From assembly GCA_022340485.1 (NCBI GenBank), contig JAJDNX010000035.1, positions 5,985 to 69,984 of the forward strand: 64,000 nucleotides of DNA, read 5' to 3'. The notes beneath the pieces were generated by a model. It was not told the DNA's origin, did no database searches, and saw nothing but the letters and a program-made list of their open reading frames with translations. Made by a program: the position numbers and the translations under genes. Positions 33,420 to 44,185 of this stretch are shown here, piece after piece. The DNA is from Gammaproteobacteria bacterium. GTDB lineage: Bacteria > Pseudomonadota > Gammaproteobacteria > UBA9214. Every line of letters begins with the position of its first letter. Within the stretch, counting starts at the first letter, position 1.

Positions 33420-34366
33420 TTTTCCAGACGATTAGCAATACTATCAAGTAATTGTCCGGCAATGTCTGCGTTATAGATCGAATCGAGTTCGCGTATGCAG
33501 GTTGGGCTGGTGACATTGATTTCTGTCAAATAATCACCAATGACATCCAGGCCGACAAATAGTAGTCCCTGCTCACGTAAGAATGGGCCTACCTGCTCGC
33601 ATATCCAGTAGTCTCGCTCGCTAAGATCCACACCCACACCTGTGCCTCCGGCAGCCAAATTGGCGCGTGTTTCACCGCTTGCCGGTATCCGTGCCAATGC
33701 ATGTGGAAATGGTTCTCCGTCAACCATGAGGATGCGCTTGTCTCCAGCCGATATTTCCGGGATATAGCGTTGCGCCATGGTGCTTTTCGTGCCGTTATTG
33801 GTGATCGTCTCAAGAATGACATTCAGGTTTGGATCATTTTTCCGGAGACGAAACACCGAGGCGCCACCCATGCCATCAAGTGGCTTGAGGATAATGTCAT
33901 CATGCTCATGAAGAAATTCCTTTAAACGAGTCATATCACGACTTACTCGTGTAGGCGGACCACATTGTGAAAACCATGCCGTGTAAAGTTTTTCACTGGC
34001 ATTCCGAATGGCAGCAGGGCTGTTAACTACAAGTACACCGTATGCCTCGGCTCGCTGCAGCATGAAAGTCGTATAGATGAATTCCATGTTCACGGGAGGG
34101 TCCTTGCGCATCAGGATGACATCGAGCTTGTCAAGAGGGGCTGTGAATTTGTCCGACAGGGTATACCAGCTATTTTCATCATCCCTGACATCAAGATATG
34201 TCATTAACGCATGGCAGCGATCACCTTCCAGAAACAGGTCATGCTGTTCCATATAGTGCAATTCCCATCCACGCTTCTGGGCTGCCAGCAACATTGCTAG
34301 TGAACTGTCCTTGTGGACTTTAATAGACCCGATGGGATCCATGACGATGCCTAGTTTTATGCTCAT
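33416..34366 (-). CDS. gshB: glutathione synthetase
   Basis: MSIKLGIVMDPI...ILKPLDGMGG...TEINVTSPTC, near-colinear with E. coli GshB. Confidence 0.93.
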   Translation of the reverse strand: MSIKLGIVMDPIGSIKVHKDSSLAMLLAAQKRGWELHYMEQHDLFLEGDRCHALMTYLDVRDDENSWYTLSDKFTAPLDKLDVILMRKDPPVNMEFIYTTFMLQRAEAYGVLVVNSPAAIRNASEKLYTAWFSQCGPPTRVSRDMTRLKEFLHEHDDIILKPLDGMGGASVFRLRKNDPNLNVILETITNNGTKSTMAQRYIPEISAGDKRILMVDGEPFPHALARIPASGETRANLAAGGTGVGVDLSERDYWICEQVGPFLREQGLLFVGLDVIGDYLTEINVTSPTCIRELDSIYNADIAGQLLDSIANRLEK

Positions 34367-34581
34367 AAAGTACCTGTTTTGAAAGTCATGTAATGCCAGT
34401 TATCTGTATGACAGTACAAGATAAAGTTTGCAACTCGGTTGACGATAAATCGGTGTAGCAGACAGCGTGTACTAGAGTAGTTCTTTTGCCGGTGCACGGA
34501 TAGTGATCAGCGATTCCGGATAGAGCATCCGGTGTGGGTTCAAGGATAAAATGCATATAAATCAAATGCAAAGAGGTCGTC

Positions 34582-35037
34582 ATGCAGAGTACGGTCCCGA
34601 CAGGTGAGGTGAAAGAATCCGTTAGTGAAGGTGATGCTGAGTTTACGGATGGAATCGCTGGGAAAAGTTTCAAGGTGATGGTGATTGATGACAGTAAAAC
34701 GATTCGCCGGACCGCAGAGACGCTTTTGAAAAAAGAAGGTTTTCAGGTGATTACTGCTACAGACGGTTTTGAGGCGCTGAGCATGATTGCCGATCATCAA
34801 CCAAATCTTATCTTGCTGGATATCATGATGCCACGGCTGGATGGTTACCAGACGTGTGCGTTGATCAAGCATCATCGTGTTTTCCGGCACACACCAGTCA
34901 TTATGCTCTCAAGCAAGGATGGCCTGTTTGATCGAGCAAGGGGACGGGTGGTTGGATCGGATGACTACATCACCAAGCCATTTACCCGTGAAGAGTTATT
35001 GACTGTAATCGAGCAGTACAAGGATAACTCTGACTAG
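34582..35037 (+). CDS. pilG: CheY-like response regulator PilG
   Basis: VMVIDDSKTIRRTAETLLKKEG...DIMMPRLDGY, with ~30-aa N-terminal extension. Confidence 0.88.
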   Translation: MQSTVPTGEVKESVSEGDAEFTDGIAGKSFKVMVIDDSKTIRRTAETLLKKEGFQVITATDGFEALSMIADHQPNLILLDIMMPRLDGYQTCALIKHHRVFRHTPVIMLSSKDGLFDRARGRVVGSDDYITKPFTREELLTVIEQYKDNSD

Positions 35038-35075
35038 TTATAGCAATTCAGTTTTACTGGATACGAGGCTCTACG

Positions 35076-35441
35076 ATGACACAGATAATGATTGTTGATG
35101 ATTCTCCTACAGATATGCACCTGTTGAAAAAGATTCTTGAAAAGAACGGGTTCAGCACCCTGACCGTTTCAGATGCAGGTGAGGGTATACAGGTAGCAAA
35201 GCGTGAAAGGCCAGACCTGATACTTATGGATGTTGTAATGCCAGGATTGAATGGGTTTCAGGCAACCCGTGAACTGTCCTCGGATCCGGAAACGTCAGCT
35301 ATTCCGGTCATCATTGTGACCCGGAAGGACCAGCAGGTGGACCGTGTGTGGGGCATGCGCCAGGGAGCTCGTGACTATATTACCAAACCGGTGAAGGAAG
35401 GCACATTACTGAATATTATAGAAGAGGCGCTGACTGCGTAA
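35076..35441 (+). CDS. pilH: CheY-like response regulator PilH
   Basis: IMIVDDSPTD...DVVMPGLNGF...ITKP. 121 aa. Confidence 0.88.
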   Translation: MTQIMIVDDSPTDMHLLKKILEKNGFSTLTVSDAGEGIQVAKRERPDLILMDVVMPGLNGFQATRELSSDPETSAIPVIIVTRKDQQVDRVWGMRQGARDYITKPVKEGTLLNIIEEALTA

Positions 35442-35445
35442 CGCA

Positions 35446-35991
35446 ATGACTGTGCACAAACATGTAAATCCGGTTGCAATTCTAAAGGAGATAGAGGAGT
35501 ACTGTCGTGGTTGTGAAGTTGGCCTGCCGCGCAATTCAGAGGAGTATAACGAGTGGTCGGGGATTGCATTCAGGCTAGGACACAATAAGTTGATAGCACC
35601 ACTGGATGATGTCGTAGAGATACTAGATTACCCGCAACTTTCAGTGGTTCCTCTCACCCAGCCATGGGTGCGAGGCATAGCAAATGTACGCGGAAATTTG
35701 TTACCAGTGATCGATCTGAATGGCTTCCTTGGTAAGGAATCGCCTCGAATGACTCAAAAGACCAGGATTTTGGTAATCAATTTTAATGATATGTACTCCG
35801 GGCTTGTCGTAGATGAGGTTCTTGGCCTTAAGCATTTTCTCGAAATTGAGCTTACAGAGGAAGTCGGAAGTGTCGATGATGAATTACTTCCATACATGAG
35901 AAATGGATTTCGAAGAGGCGACAAGGTCTGGGGGGTGTTCAGTTTGCTTTCGCTGTTTGAGTCGCCACTGTTTCTAAAGGTGGCTGTCTAG
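35446..35991 (+). CDS. pilI: CheW-like coupling protein PilI
   Basis: CheW domain (VRGIANVRGNLLPVIDL). Confidence 0.85.
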   Translation: MTVHKHVNPVAILKEIEEYCRGCEVGLPRNSEEYNEWSGIAFRLGHNKLIAPLDDVVEILDYPQLSVVPLTQPWVRGIANVRGNLLPVIDLNGFLGKESPRMTQKTRILVINFNDMYSGLVVDEVLGLKHFLEIELTEEVGSVDDELLPYMRNGFRRGDKVWGVFSLLSLFESPLFLKVAV

Positions 35992-36063
35992 CATCACTTA
36001 ATGCAGGGCAGCATCAATATTTGAATTAATTCTAGTGTGTACTAATGGGTCAGGAGATAGGCC

Positions 36064-38076
36064 ATGAAAACGATGTTTGATGTGGAGAGGCTGGGTGCTA
36101 GTAATAAGATGAAGGTTCTTGCCTTCCTCATGCTTTGCGCGATCTGGGCCATGGTATGGACATTTGTAAAAGTTGGGCATGAGGTTGAGACAGACCAGTT
36201 AAGGCTCGCTGATGCTGGAGAGCAGCTGGTATTGTCACAGCGTATTGCAAAGTATGCATTATCCGCCTCTACAGGAGAGGCGGATGCATTTGTCCGATTA
36301 GAAGCATCGAAAAATAAATTCTCTGCAATACTGGATTCGCAGATGGCAGCTTATGGTGATGTCGCTGGTGAGAAGGAAACACCAGAAAGTCTGGCCCTTG
36401 TTAATCTGGATAATCACTGGCGTGGATTCCGTAATAATATCGATGAGGTTCTTGAAGGCCAGTTCCTTATTATGGCAATGACAGAAGCGACAAGTCTTAT
36501 GAATGAGGTCATGCCTCAGTTGATGGAGCATACCAGCGGAATTGTCGATGAACTGATGAAAAACGGTGCAAGCGCAGCAGAGGTACGTCTAGCCACAGAG
36601 CAGGCGGTACTTGGGCAGCGCATTGTAAATAGTCTTAACGCTGTAATGACAGGCAAGGTAACAGAATCAGCAGCCGTTGCATTTGCCGAGGATACCCGTG
36701 AGTTTGGTCGGGTGCTGGACGGGTTTATGCGAGGTACCGGCGGGATACAGCGATTGAAAGGTGATGCATTACAGTCCAGGATTCAGAAAATAGCGCTGCT
36801 CTTCAGCCGTGTCAGCGACAATGTTGGTTCGATAGTAGAAAATGCAGAAGAAATAGTCGGAATTCAGACGGCAGCAGCTGAAATTACTGCACAGAGTGAG
36901 TCATTGTTTGAGGCAGTAGAGGGTCTCAAGTCTGCGCTGCTCGCAGCACCTGCCGGGCGTATTGTCTCTACCGAGCTTGCTTATTTTCTCGGAGCAGTCG
37001 CACTTCTTATGCTCTTTTTAATGGCCTATGAAACGCTGGTAAGCCAGCGTCGTCGCAGCAGACTGATTGAGGAAGAGAATAGTCGTAACCAGGAGGCAAT
37101 TATGCGGCTTCTGGACGAAATCGGTGATCTTGCTGCTGGTGATCTGACGGTAAAAACAACGGTTAGTGAGGATTTTACCGGTGCGATTGCTGATTCTATA
37201 AATGTGACAGTTGAATCATTACGTGCTCTGGTAAAAACAATTAATGACACGTCTACACAGCTTTCCTCATCGGTACATGAAACTGAGCAAATAGCCAGTC
37301 AGTTGTCAGAGGCAAGCAAACGTCAGTCTCAGGATATATCAATCGCAGGAACTTCGATAACAGAAATGTCCGTTTCTATGGATGATGTCTCCAATGAGGC
37401 AAGTGAGTCTTCCAAGGTTGCAATGCGTTCTGTGGAGATAGCAAAGAAAGGTGGAGAAGCAGTAAAACGAACCATGGACGGCATGGATAACATCCGTGAG
37501 CATATTCAGGAGACATCAAAGCGTATAAAGCGTTTGGGTGAAAGTTCACAGGAGATAGGTGACATCGTTGAACTGATTAACGACATTGCCGAGCAAACCA
37601 ATATTCTTGCCCTGAATGCATCAATTCAGGCAGCTATGGCGGGCGAAGCCGGTAGGGGGTTCGCTGTTGTTGCTGATGAGGTCCAACGACTTGCCGAGCG
37701 TTCTGCAAATGCTACCAAGCAGATAGAAGCGCTGGTAAAGACCATCCAGGCAGATACTCACGAGGCTGTGATATCGATGGAGAAGAGTACTGCTGGTGTG
37801 GTTAATGGCGCGCAAATCGCGGAGGATGCGGGTAGTGCATTAGAAGAGATTGAGTCAGTGTCAGACCAGCTTGCAGGTCTGATTCAGAATATTTCCAGTT
37901 CTGCACGTCAGCAAGCCAACGTTGCAACCCAGCTAGCTGCCAGTATGAATAGTATTCAGGAAATGACTACGCAGGCAAGTGCTGGTACGGAACAAACTGC
38001 GCGTTCGATAGGGAATCTTTCTCGACTCGCGCATGATCTGGACGTATCGGTCACTGGCTTCAAGTTGCCACAGTGA
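36064..38076 (+). CDS. pilJ: methyl-accepting chemotaxis protein PilJ
   Basis: 670 aa: N-terminal TM, periplasmic domain, second TM, HAMP, MCP signalling domain (NILALNASIQAAMAGEAGRGFAVVADEVQRLAERS). Confidence 0.9.
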   Translation: MKTMFDVERLGASNKMKVLAFLMLCAIWAMVWTFVKVGHEVETDQLRLADAGEQLVLSQRIAKYALSASTGEADAFVRLEASKNKFSAILDSQMAAYGDVAGEKETPESLALVNLDNHWRGFRNNIDEVLEGQFLIMAMTEATSLMNEVMPQLMEHTSGIVDELMKNGASAAEVRLATEQAVLGQRIVNSLNAVMTGKVTESAAVAFAEDTREFGRVLDGFMRGTGGIQRLKGDALQSRIQKIALLFSRVSDNVGSIVENAEEIVGIQTAAAEITAQSESLFEAVEGLKSALLAAPAGRIVSTELAYFLGAVALLMLFLMAYETLVSQRRRSRLIEEENSRNQEAIMRLLDEIGDLAAGDLTVKTTVSEDFTGAIADSINVTVESLRALVKTINDTSTQLSSSVHETEQIASQLSEASKRQSQDISIAGTSITEMSVSMDDVSNEASESSKVAMRSVEIAKKGGEAVKRTMDGMDNIREHIQETSKRIKRLGESSQEIGDIVELINDIAEQTNILALNASIQAAMAGEAGRGFAVVADEVQRLAERSANATKQIEALVKTIQADTHEAVISMEKSTAGVVNGAQIAEDAGSALEEIESVSDQLAGLIQNISSSARQQANVATQLAASMNSIQEMTTQASAGTEQTARSIGNLSRLAHDLDVSVTGFKLPQ

Positions 38077-38188
38077 TTGTCAACTAAGTTGCTTATCATT
38101 TGATAAATTCAGGTAAGGCATGGCAGATGCACTAAAAACACTCTGCGCCATATGCTGTCAGACTGGTTAGCCTGCAAGGAACGTTATT

Positions 38189-41100
38189 ATGCATGAAGCT
38201 ATAAATTACAACGCGCTCAGCTGGATTCGCCAGGAACTTGGGGAAACCATTAAACAAGCGCGCTTGCTGCTGGAAGAGTATGCTGCAGACCCGACCAACG
38301 AGGCGCCATTGCATCATTGTGTTAAACAATTGCATGAGGCACTTGGTCCTCTGAAAATGGTGGATATCAGGGGGGCTGTACTGCTAGTCACAGAAATGGA
38401 GGAGGTTGTGGCAGACCTGCAGCAGGGAATCCTTGTGCAAGCAGATTCTGCAATGGAACAGTTGATGCAGGCATTTCTGGTGTTGCCAGATTATCTGTCG
38501 AGTATCCAGCCAGCTGGACGGGAAAATCCGGATATTCTACTGCATTTGATTAATGATCTTCGTGCAACCCGCGGTGCACAACTACTGCAGCAAAAGGACA
38601 TTTTTTCACCGAATCTATCAGTGCGGGTTCCAATTTCAGTTTTTGATGTTCGCGCAGAGCCCGCCATTCAGGATGTGTCATCCATGGCGCGTGCTGCGCG
38701 CGTTCGCTTTCAGAGTGGATTACTGGAATGGTACAGAGATGCAGATGGTAATGCTGGCTTGCAAATCCTGATAGATGTGCTTGAACATTTGCAACACTGT
38801 GCAGCCAGTGAGCCGGCGGCACGCATCTGGTGGGTGGGGGCCGGTGTGGCAGAGGCGCTCCGTGACGGGATGTTGGAAACTACCCCTGAAACGAAACAAC
38901 TGTTTGGTCAGCTTGATCGTCAGATCAAGCGTTTGTTGGATGCAGGGGAAGCAGTGTTTGACGATGTTCTGTCAGATGACCTTATGAAAAGCCTGTTATT
39001 CAGAATAGCACAGGCAACATCGGTTTCAGACAGGATCAGATTAATCAGGGAAACATACGAAATCAAGCAGCTCGCAGCAATCAGTGGTGCGACTGAATCA
39101 GCAAGTGATGGACTGGTTTCGTGCAATGAGGAACTGATGGGGACAGTTGCCGTTACCGTTTGCAGCGACATCAATCGTATCAAGGAGAATCTGGAAGACT
39201 ATAAAAAACATAATGATGATGCACAATGTTATATACCAATAGCAGATGAAATGCATGCATTGTCAAATACGCTTGGCATGATTCAGAGGGGAGTGCATGC
39301 TGAGGCAGTTGCTGAAAGGGAACGGGAACTCCGCGAGGCGATACACTGTAATACTACGCCTGAGGAATCCTGGTTCGTGCTGGTTGCGAATACGCTGGTA
39401 TCCGTTGAGGATGCACTTGATGATTTTGCTGCAGAAAATCCGGAAGGCAGTATATTAATTCAGGGGTTCAGCGCAGTTATGCAGGAAGTACTTTCCTGCA
39501 TAGTTACGGCGAAGGATGCTATTAGTGACTTCATGAAGTCGTCTGACAACGTCGAGCATTTATCTGCTGTTCCTGAGCTACTCAATCAGGTCTGCGGTAG
39601 TTTGAGATTAACAGGGCTGGACAGGGCGGCTGCTGCAGCCGATCAGGTCAGACTTTTCATACTGCAAGAGCTGATAGAAAGGCAGCAAACACCTTTTGAA
39701 GACCAGCTCGATTATCTGGCAGATGCAATCTGCAGTATCGAGTTTTATGTAGAGGAAGCGGCTGTGAATCACAAGTATGCTGGTGCTGCGCTGGATGTGG
39801 CAGAAAAAAGCCTGGCGAAACTTGGATATACATGCGCAATAGTAGATGAGCTTTGCTGTTCCTCGGGTGCAAGTGATATAGCCGAGCAATCGGTACCGGT
39901 GCTGGTTGCCGGAGAAAATGCAGAAGGTGATTCAGAAACGGAGACAATTGATTGTGGTCAACAAGATGCTGATGTTGATGATGTGTTAGAGATTGCAGGT
40001 TTGCAGACTATTGCGCCTGATGTCGATGAGGAAATCCTTGAAATCTTCATAGAAGAAGCAGACGAGGAATTGCAGAAACTAACTGCGCTAATTCCAGTGT
40101 GGACTGCAACAGGTGATGAGAAAGAATATCTAGTCGATATACGACGCTCCTTTCATACATTGAAGGGCAGTGGCCGTATGGTTGGTGCCCTGGCGGTTGG
40201 GGAATTCGCTTGGGCTATTGAGAATCTGGTCAACAAGGTGCTTGATGACACACTGGAACCGCATGATGCCATCAAATCGGTGCTGTACGATTCTGTGTCT
40301 GGCCTTGAACAGTTGCTTAGGCAGGTTAAAGATGGCGTGATTAGGCATGAAGTGGATGTTAACGATATTGCCAGACGTGCGCTACACTATAGTGACCCCT
40401 GTGTAACCACTACTGGATGGGCTTCTGCAGAGGTGGATGAGGATGTTGTAGCTCCTGCCACAGAAGAGCAGCAGACAGAACACATATCCAGAGCCGATAA
40501 TGAGGCTGTAGAAATATCACAGAGTAATCCGCAGCCATCTGTGGAGTTTCCCGTGCTGTCAAGTGAGGCAGATTCAGAAATCGTAGAGATATTTCTGGAG
40601 GAGGCCGCAGATGAAATCACCAACCTTGCTACGGCAATTCCTGCCTGGCTGGATCAGGCCGTTGTTAACGACGTGCTCGCCGATATACGTCGGAGCTTCC
40701 ACACGCTCAAGGGTAGTGGCCGAATGGCTGGTGCAATGTTGATTGGCGAATTTTCATGGTGCTTGGAGAATTTGTTAAACAAAGTAATGGATGAGACTGT
40801 ATCGGTAACTGAACCGCTGCGCACATTTCTGGCAAAAGTTCCTGGTGCCTTGTCGCAACTGCTTGTCCAGGTACGGGGTGATGGTGATCCGGTCATAGAT
40901 ATTGCATACATGATGCAGGAAGCAGCTGCATTGTCGCGTGGTGAGGCTTTTGATACAGAACTGTTGGATGAGATTACCGATAGCACAGATGCTGATGAAG
41001 TGCTGGCCGAAGTAGTTGTGGAGCAGTATGCGGAAGACATCCCTGTGGACAATGTGGAAGATGAGGCGTCGCTGCTGGAAATATTTAGCGCAGAGTGTAG

Positions 41101-44100
41101 GGTGCATTTACAGGCCATAGAGGAGTTTACTGAAGAAAACGATGGGTCGTGCGTAGTCAGTGACTCTCTGTATCGAGCTTTGCATACCTTATCAGGCATA
41201 TCGGAGTCAGCTGAAATAGTTTCAATCCGTGATCTGGCTGGTCATTTGAACGACTATTTTTCCGAGTACTACCATACACAGCATCTTGTTAATAAGAATG
41301 CAGTTGATGTGTTGCGCGCATGTACCTCTGAGCTTGCTGCTGCAGCACAGCAATTGCCGGATCTCGTGTTTGACGAGGAAAATCGCAAGGTATTGCATGA
41401 TCAGATAGCTGCACTCCCCCGTGCAGGCGAACAGACCGGTGAACAGGATGTTGTCTCAAGCATTCCAGGACCTGTCGAGTCCGAATTGAATGTTTCTGCG
41501 GTAGATCATGTTGAGGCAGTTGACACAGTCATAGCAGCTGAGCCTGAACCATTTTCGGATATGGATCCGGAACTTTATGAAATATTCGTTGAAGAAGCCT
41601 CGGAGATCATAGATAGCAGTGAGGTGACACTGCGTGCATGGTCAGAGGAGCCACAAAACAATGAATATATGACTGAATTCCAGCGTCAGTTACATACCCT
41701 AAAGGGTAGTGCGCGTATGGTTGATATTCAGGCAATCGGTGATTTGAGTCATGTGCTTGAATCATTGATTACACGCATAGCAGACGGGTTGATTGCAACG
41801 TCTGATGAACTATTCGCACTCATGCAGGAATCACAAGACCACCTATCAGAGATGCTGGAGCAGGTCAAGGTACGGCAAATGCCGGCAGGCGCAACTCAAC
41901 TGCAGACCCGTCTGGATGCGCTCTGGGAAACCGGGACGGTAACCGTTTCACAGGACGACGGTGAAACAGCAGCCGTGGTGGGTCATGAGACAGCTTCTGA
42001 GAATGATCATCTGAGTGGAACCCTGCCATTAGATGGGGATGTCCAGCTAGTAGAGGTAGTCCAGGCAATAGAGGCAGTTCAGGCAGAAGAGACAGTCCAG
42101 GCAACAGAGGCAGTTCAGGCAGAAGAGACAGTCCAGGCAACAGAGGCAGTCCAGGCAGAAGAGACAGTTCAGGAAGAGGAGTCAGTTCCGGTAGAAGCAC
42201 CTTTGCAAGACGAGGATGTTGCGTTGATGCCAACCATGGATGGAGCCGATGCATCAGGCTGTGACACTCAATCAGTTCATGAACTGAATGCTGAGATTGA
42301 GTTGTCGGTGCCTAAACATCTTTCCCTTCCGCAAAAGAAAGAACAACAACAGGTGCGAGTCCATGGTGAACAGGTCAGGGTGCAGTCTACCTTGCTTGAT
42401 GACATGGTGAACTACGCAGGAGAAATCAATATTTACCGTTCACGTATGGAACAGCAAGTGAGCGACTATCGTTACAATCTCGCTGAGCTGGATCAGACAA
42501 TTACTCGTTTGCGTGACCAGTTGCGCCAGCTGGAGATGGAGACAGAAGCGCAGATACTTTATCGCTATGAACAGGAGGTGGATGCGAGCAACCAGGAATT
42601 CGATCCGCTTGAAATGGACCGTTACTCGAACCTGCAACAAGCATCCCGCTCACTGATAGAAAGCATTAGTGATTTACGCAGTCTCCAGGATCTTATGGAG
42701 AATACTACCCGTGAATCAGAGACACTGTTGTTACAGCAATCACGAGTCAGTACTGATCTTCAGGAAGGTCTGATGCGTTCCCGGATGATACCTTTTTCTG
42801 GTCTTGCTTCGCGATTGAGGAGAATTGTGAGGCAGTCGGCACGGCAGTTGGAGAAAAAGGTGGATCTTGAACTGTTTGGTGCTGATGGTGAAATGGACCG
42901 TACTGTGATCGACCGGGTCATTGCACCACTTGAACATATGCTGCGCAACGCGGTTGCCCATGGTATCGAGCTGCCGGAACAGCGAAAAGCGGTGGGTAAG
43001 AAGGTCGAAGGATTGATCACGATAAGCTTCGATCGAGAAGGGCCAGAAATTGTACTGCATATCGAAGATGATGGTGCTGGTCTAAATACCGAAGCGATTC
43101 GTGCACGTGCCCTGGAACAAGGTCTGATCGCGGAAGGCACGGAATTGTCGGATGATGATGTCATGCAGTTTATTTTGCAGACCGGATTTAGTACTGCAAC
43201 AGAGGTGACACAGATATCCGGTCGTGGTGTAGGAATGGATGTTGTTAATAGTGAGGTAAAGCAGTTGGGAGGGTCTCTGCACATAGAGTCAAAGGCAGGC
43301 CAAGGCACCATATTTACGGTACGTCTTCCCTATACGCTGGCAATAAATCAGGCATTGCTGGTCATGGCTGGCAATGAAACTTTCTGTGTGCCACTGGCCA
43401 GCATTGAGGGTGTCGTGCGTGCTAATTGTGAAGAACTACGTGCCTGTTACCGCGCTGATGACTGTCTTTATTATTATGCTGGGAATGAATACCAGCTCAA
43501 GCACCTTGGATCACTGCTGAATACTACCACTCCTGCTTGCGTAATCCAGAAACAGGTGCCGGTGTTACTGGTGCGAATTGGTGAAAAGCGAATTGCCATA
43601 CAGGTTGAGGCCCTGATGGGAAGTCGCGAGATTGTCATTAAGCCTGTAGGTGCACAGCTCAGTACAGTGGATTGCATCTCGGGTGCGACGATTCTCGGTG
43701 ATGGTCGTGTCGTGATGATTCTTGATATGGCGGCAGTGGCGCGAATGAATGTGCGTGCTCGCTTGCCGGAAGTACAGGTTGAAACAGATCAAGAGTCTCG
43801 GCTTGTAATAATGGTTGTGGATGATTCGATCACTGTTCGAAAGGTTACCTCACGCCTGCTTGAGCGCAACGGCTTCAGGATTCTGACTGCAAAGGATGGT
43901 GTCGATGCCATGGGGCAGCTACAGGATGTGGTGCCGGATATGATGTTGCTGGATATTGAAATGCCCAGAATGGATGGTTTCGAACTGGCTACACATATGC
44001 GTAACGATACACGTCTGAAGCATGTACCGATCATAATGATTACATCACGTACAGGCGACAAGCACAGGGAGCGTGCACAGCAAATTGGTGTGAATGATTA

Positions 44101-44185
44101 TCTTGGCAAACCCTATCAGGAAGGTGATTTGCTGAATTCCATTCATCACATAATTGGAGTGCCTGCAGCAGGAGAAGTTGCATGA
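38189..44185 (+). CDS. chpA: multi-Hpt hybrid histidine kinase ChpA (CheA-like)
   Basis: 1998 aa. At least three canonical Hpt motifs (HTLKGSGRM x2, HTLKGSARM) plus degenerate Hpt-like units. CheA dimerisation/ATPase region (GRGVGMDVV), CheW domain and C-terminal receiver domain (VVDDSITVRK...DIEMPRMDGF). Confidence 0.9.
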   Translation: MHEAINYNALSWIRQELGETIKQARLLLEEYAADPTNEAPLHHCVKQLHEALGPLKMVDIRGAVLLVTEMEEVVADLQQGILVQADSAMEQLMQAFLVLPDYLSSIQPAGRENPDILLHLINDLRATRGAQLLQQKDIFSPNLSVRVPISVFDVRAEPAIQDVSSMARAARVRFQSGLLEWYRDADGNAGLQILIDVLEHLQHCAASEPAARIWWVGAGVAEALRDGMLETTPETKQLFGQLDRQIKRLLDAGEAVFDDVLSDDLMKSLLFRIAQATSVSDRIRLIRETYEIKQLAAISGATESASDGLVSCNEELMGTVAVTVCSDINRIKENLEDYKKHNDDAQCYIPIADEMHALSNTLGMIQRGVHAEAVAERERELREAIHCNTTPEESWFVLVANTLVSVEDALDDFAAENPEGSILIQGFSAVMQEVLSCIVTAKDAISDFMKSSDNVEHLSAVPELLNQVCGSLRLTGLDRAAAAADQVRLFILQELIERQQTPFEDQLDYLADAICSIEFYVEEAAVNHKYAGAALDVAEKSLAKLGYTCAIVDELCCSSGASDIAEQSVPVLVAGENAEGDSETETIDCGQQDADVDDVLEIAGLQTIAPDVDEEILEIFIEEADEELQKLTALIPVWTATGDEKEYLVDIRRSFHTLKGSGRMVGALAVGEFAWAIENLVNKVLDDTLEPHDAIKSVLYDSVSGLEQLLRQVKDGVIRHEVDVNDIARRALHYSDPCVTTTGWASAEVDEDVVAPATEEQQTEHISRADNEAVEISQSNPQPSVEFPVLSSEADSEIVEIFLEEAADEITNLATAIPAWLDQAVVNDVLADIRRSFHTLKGSGRMAGAMLIGEFSWCLENLLNKVMDETVSVTEPLRTFLAKVPGALSQLLVQVRGDGDPVIDIAYMMQEAAALSRGEAFDTELLDEITDSTDADEVLAEVVVEQYAEDIPVDNVEDEASLLEIFSAECRVHLQAIEEFTEENDGSCVVSDSLYRALHTLSGISESAEIVSIRDLAGHLNDYFSEYYHTQHLVNKNAVDVLRACTSELAAAAQQLPDLVFDEENRKVLHDQIAALPRAGEQTGEQDVVSSIPGPVESELNVSAVDHVEAVDTVIAAEPEPFSDMDPELYEIFVEEASEIIDSSEVTLRAWSEEPQNNEYMTEFQRQLHTLKGSARMVDIQAIGDLSHVLESLITRIADGLIATSDELFALMQESQDHLSEMLEQVKVRQMPAGATQLQTRLDALWETGTVTVSQDDGETAAVVGHETASENDHLSGTLPLDGDVQLVEVVQAIEAVQAEETVQATEAVQAEETVQATEAVQAEETVQEEESVPVEAPLQDEDVALMPTMDGADASGCDTQSVHELNAEIELSVPKHLSLPQKKEQQQVRVHGEQVRVQSTLLDDMVNYAGEINIYRSRMEQQVSDYRYNLAELDQTITRLRDQLRQLEMETEAQILYRYEQEVDASNQEFDPLEMDRYSNLQQASRSLIESISDLRSLQDLMENTTRESETLLLQQSRVSTDLQEGLMRSRMIPFSGLASRLRRIVRQSARQLEKKVDLELFGADGEMDRTVIDRVIAPLEHMLRNAVAHGIELPEQRKAVGKKVEGLITISFDREGPEIVLHIEDDGAGLNTEAIRARALEQGLIAEGTELSDDDVMQFILQTGFSTATEVTQISGRGVGMDVVNSEVKQLGGSLHIESKAGQGTIFTVRLPYTLAINQALLVMAGNETFCVPLASIEGVVRANCEELRACYRADDCLYYYAGNEYQLKHLGSLLNTTTPACVIQKQVPVLLVRIGEKRIAIQVEALMGSREIVIKPVGAQLSTVDCISGATILGDGRVVMILDMAAVARMNVRARLPEVQVETDQESRLVIMVVDDSITVRKVTSRLLERNGFRILTAKDGVDAMGQLQDVVPDMMLLDIEMPRMDGFELATHMRNDTRLKHVPIIMITSRTGDKHRERAQQIGVNDYLGKPYQEGDLLNSIHHIIGVPAAGEVA
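42050..42182 (+). repeat. in-frame tandem 36-bp repeats (about 3.5 copies) inside chpA encoding EAVQAEETVQAT units
   Basis: gaggcagttcaggcagaagagacagtccaggcaaca occurs as two perfect adjacent copies (42071..42106 and 42107..42142), followed by a degenerate third copy and preceded by a partial copy. Confidence 0.85.

Noticed and set aside
41865-42254. 129-aa ORF rich in LPELPLLPGLSLLP repeats
   Set aside because: It is the antisense reading of the chpA 36-bp tandem repeat and an artefact of the repeat, not a gene. It is also not a CRISPR array, because the units are in-frame coding, contiguous and have no spacers.
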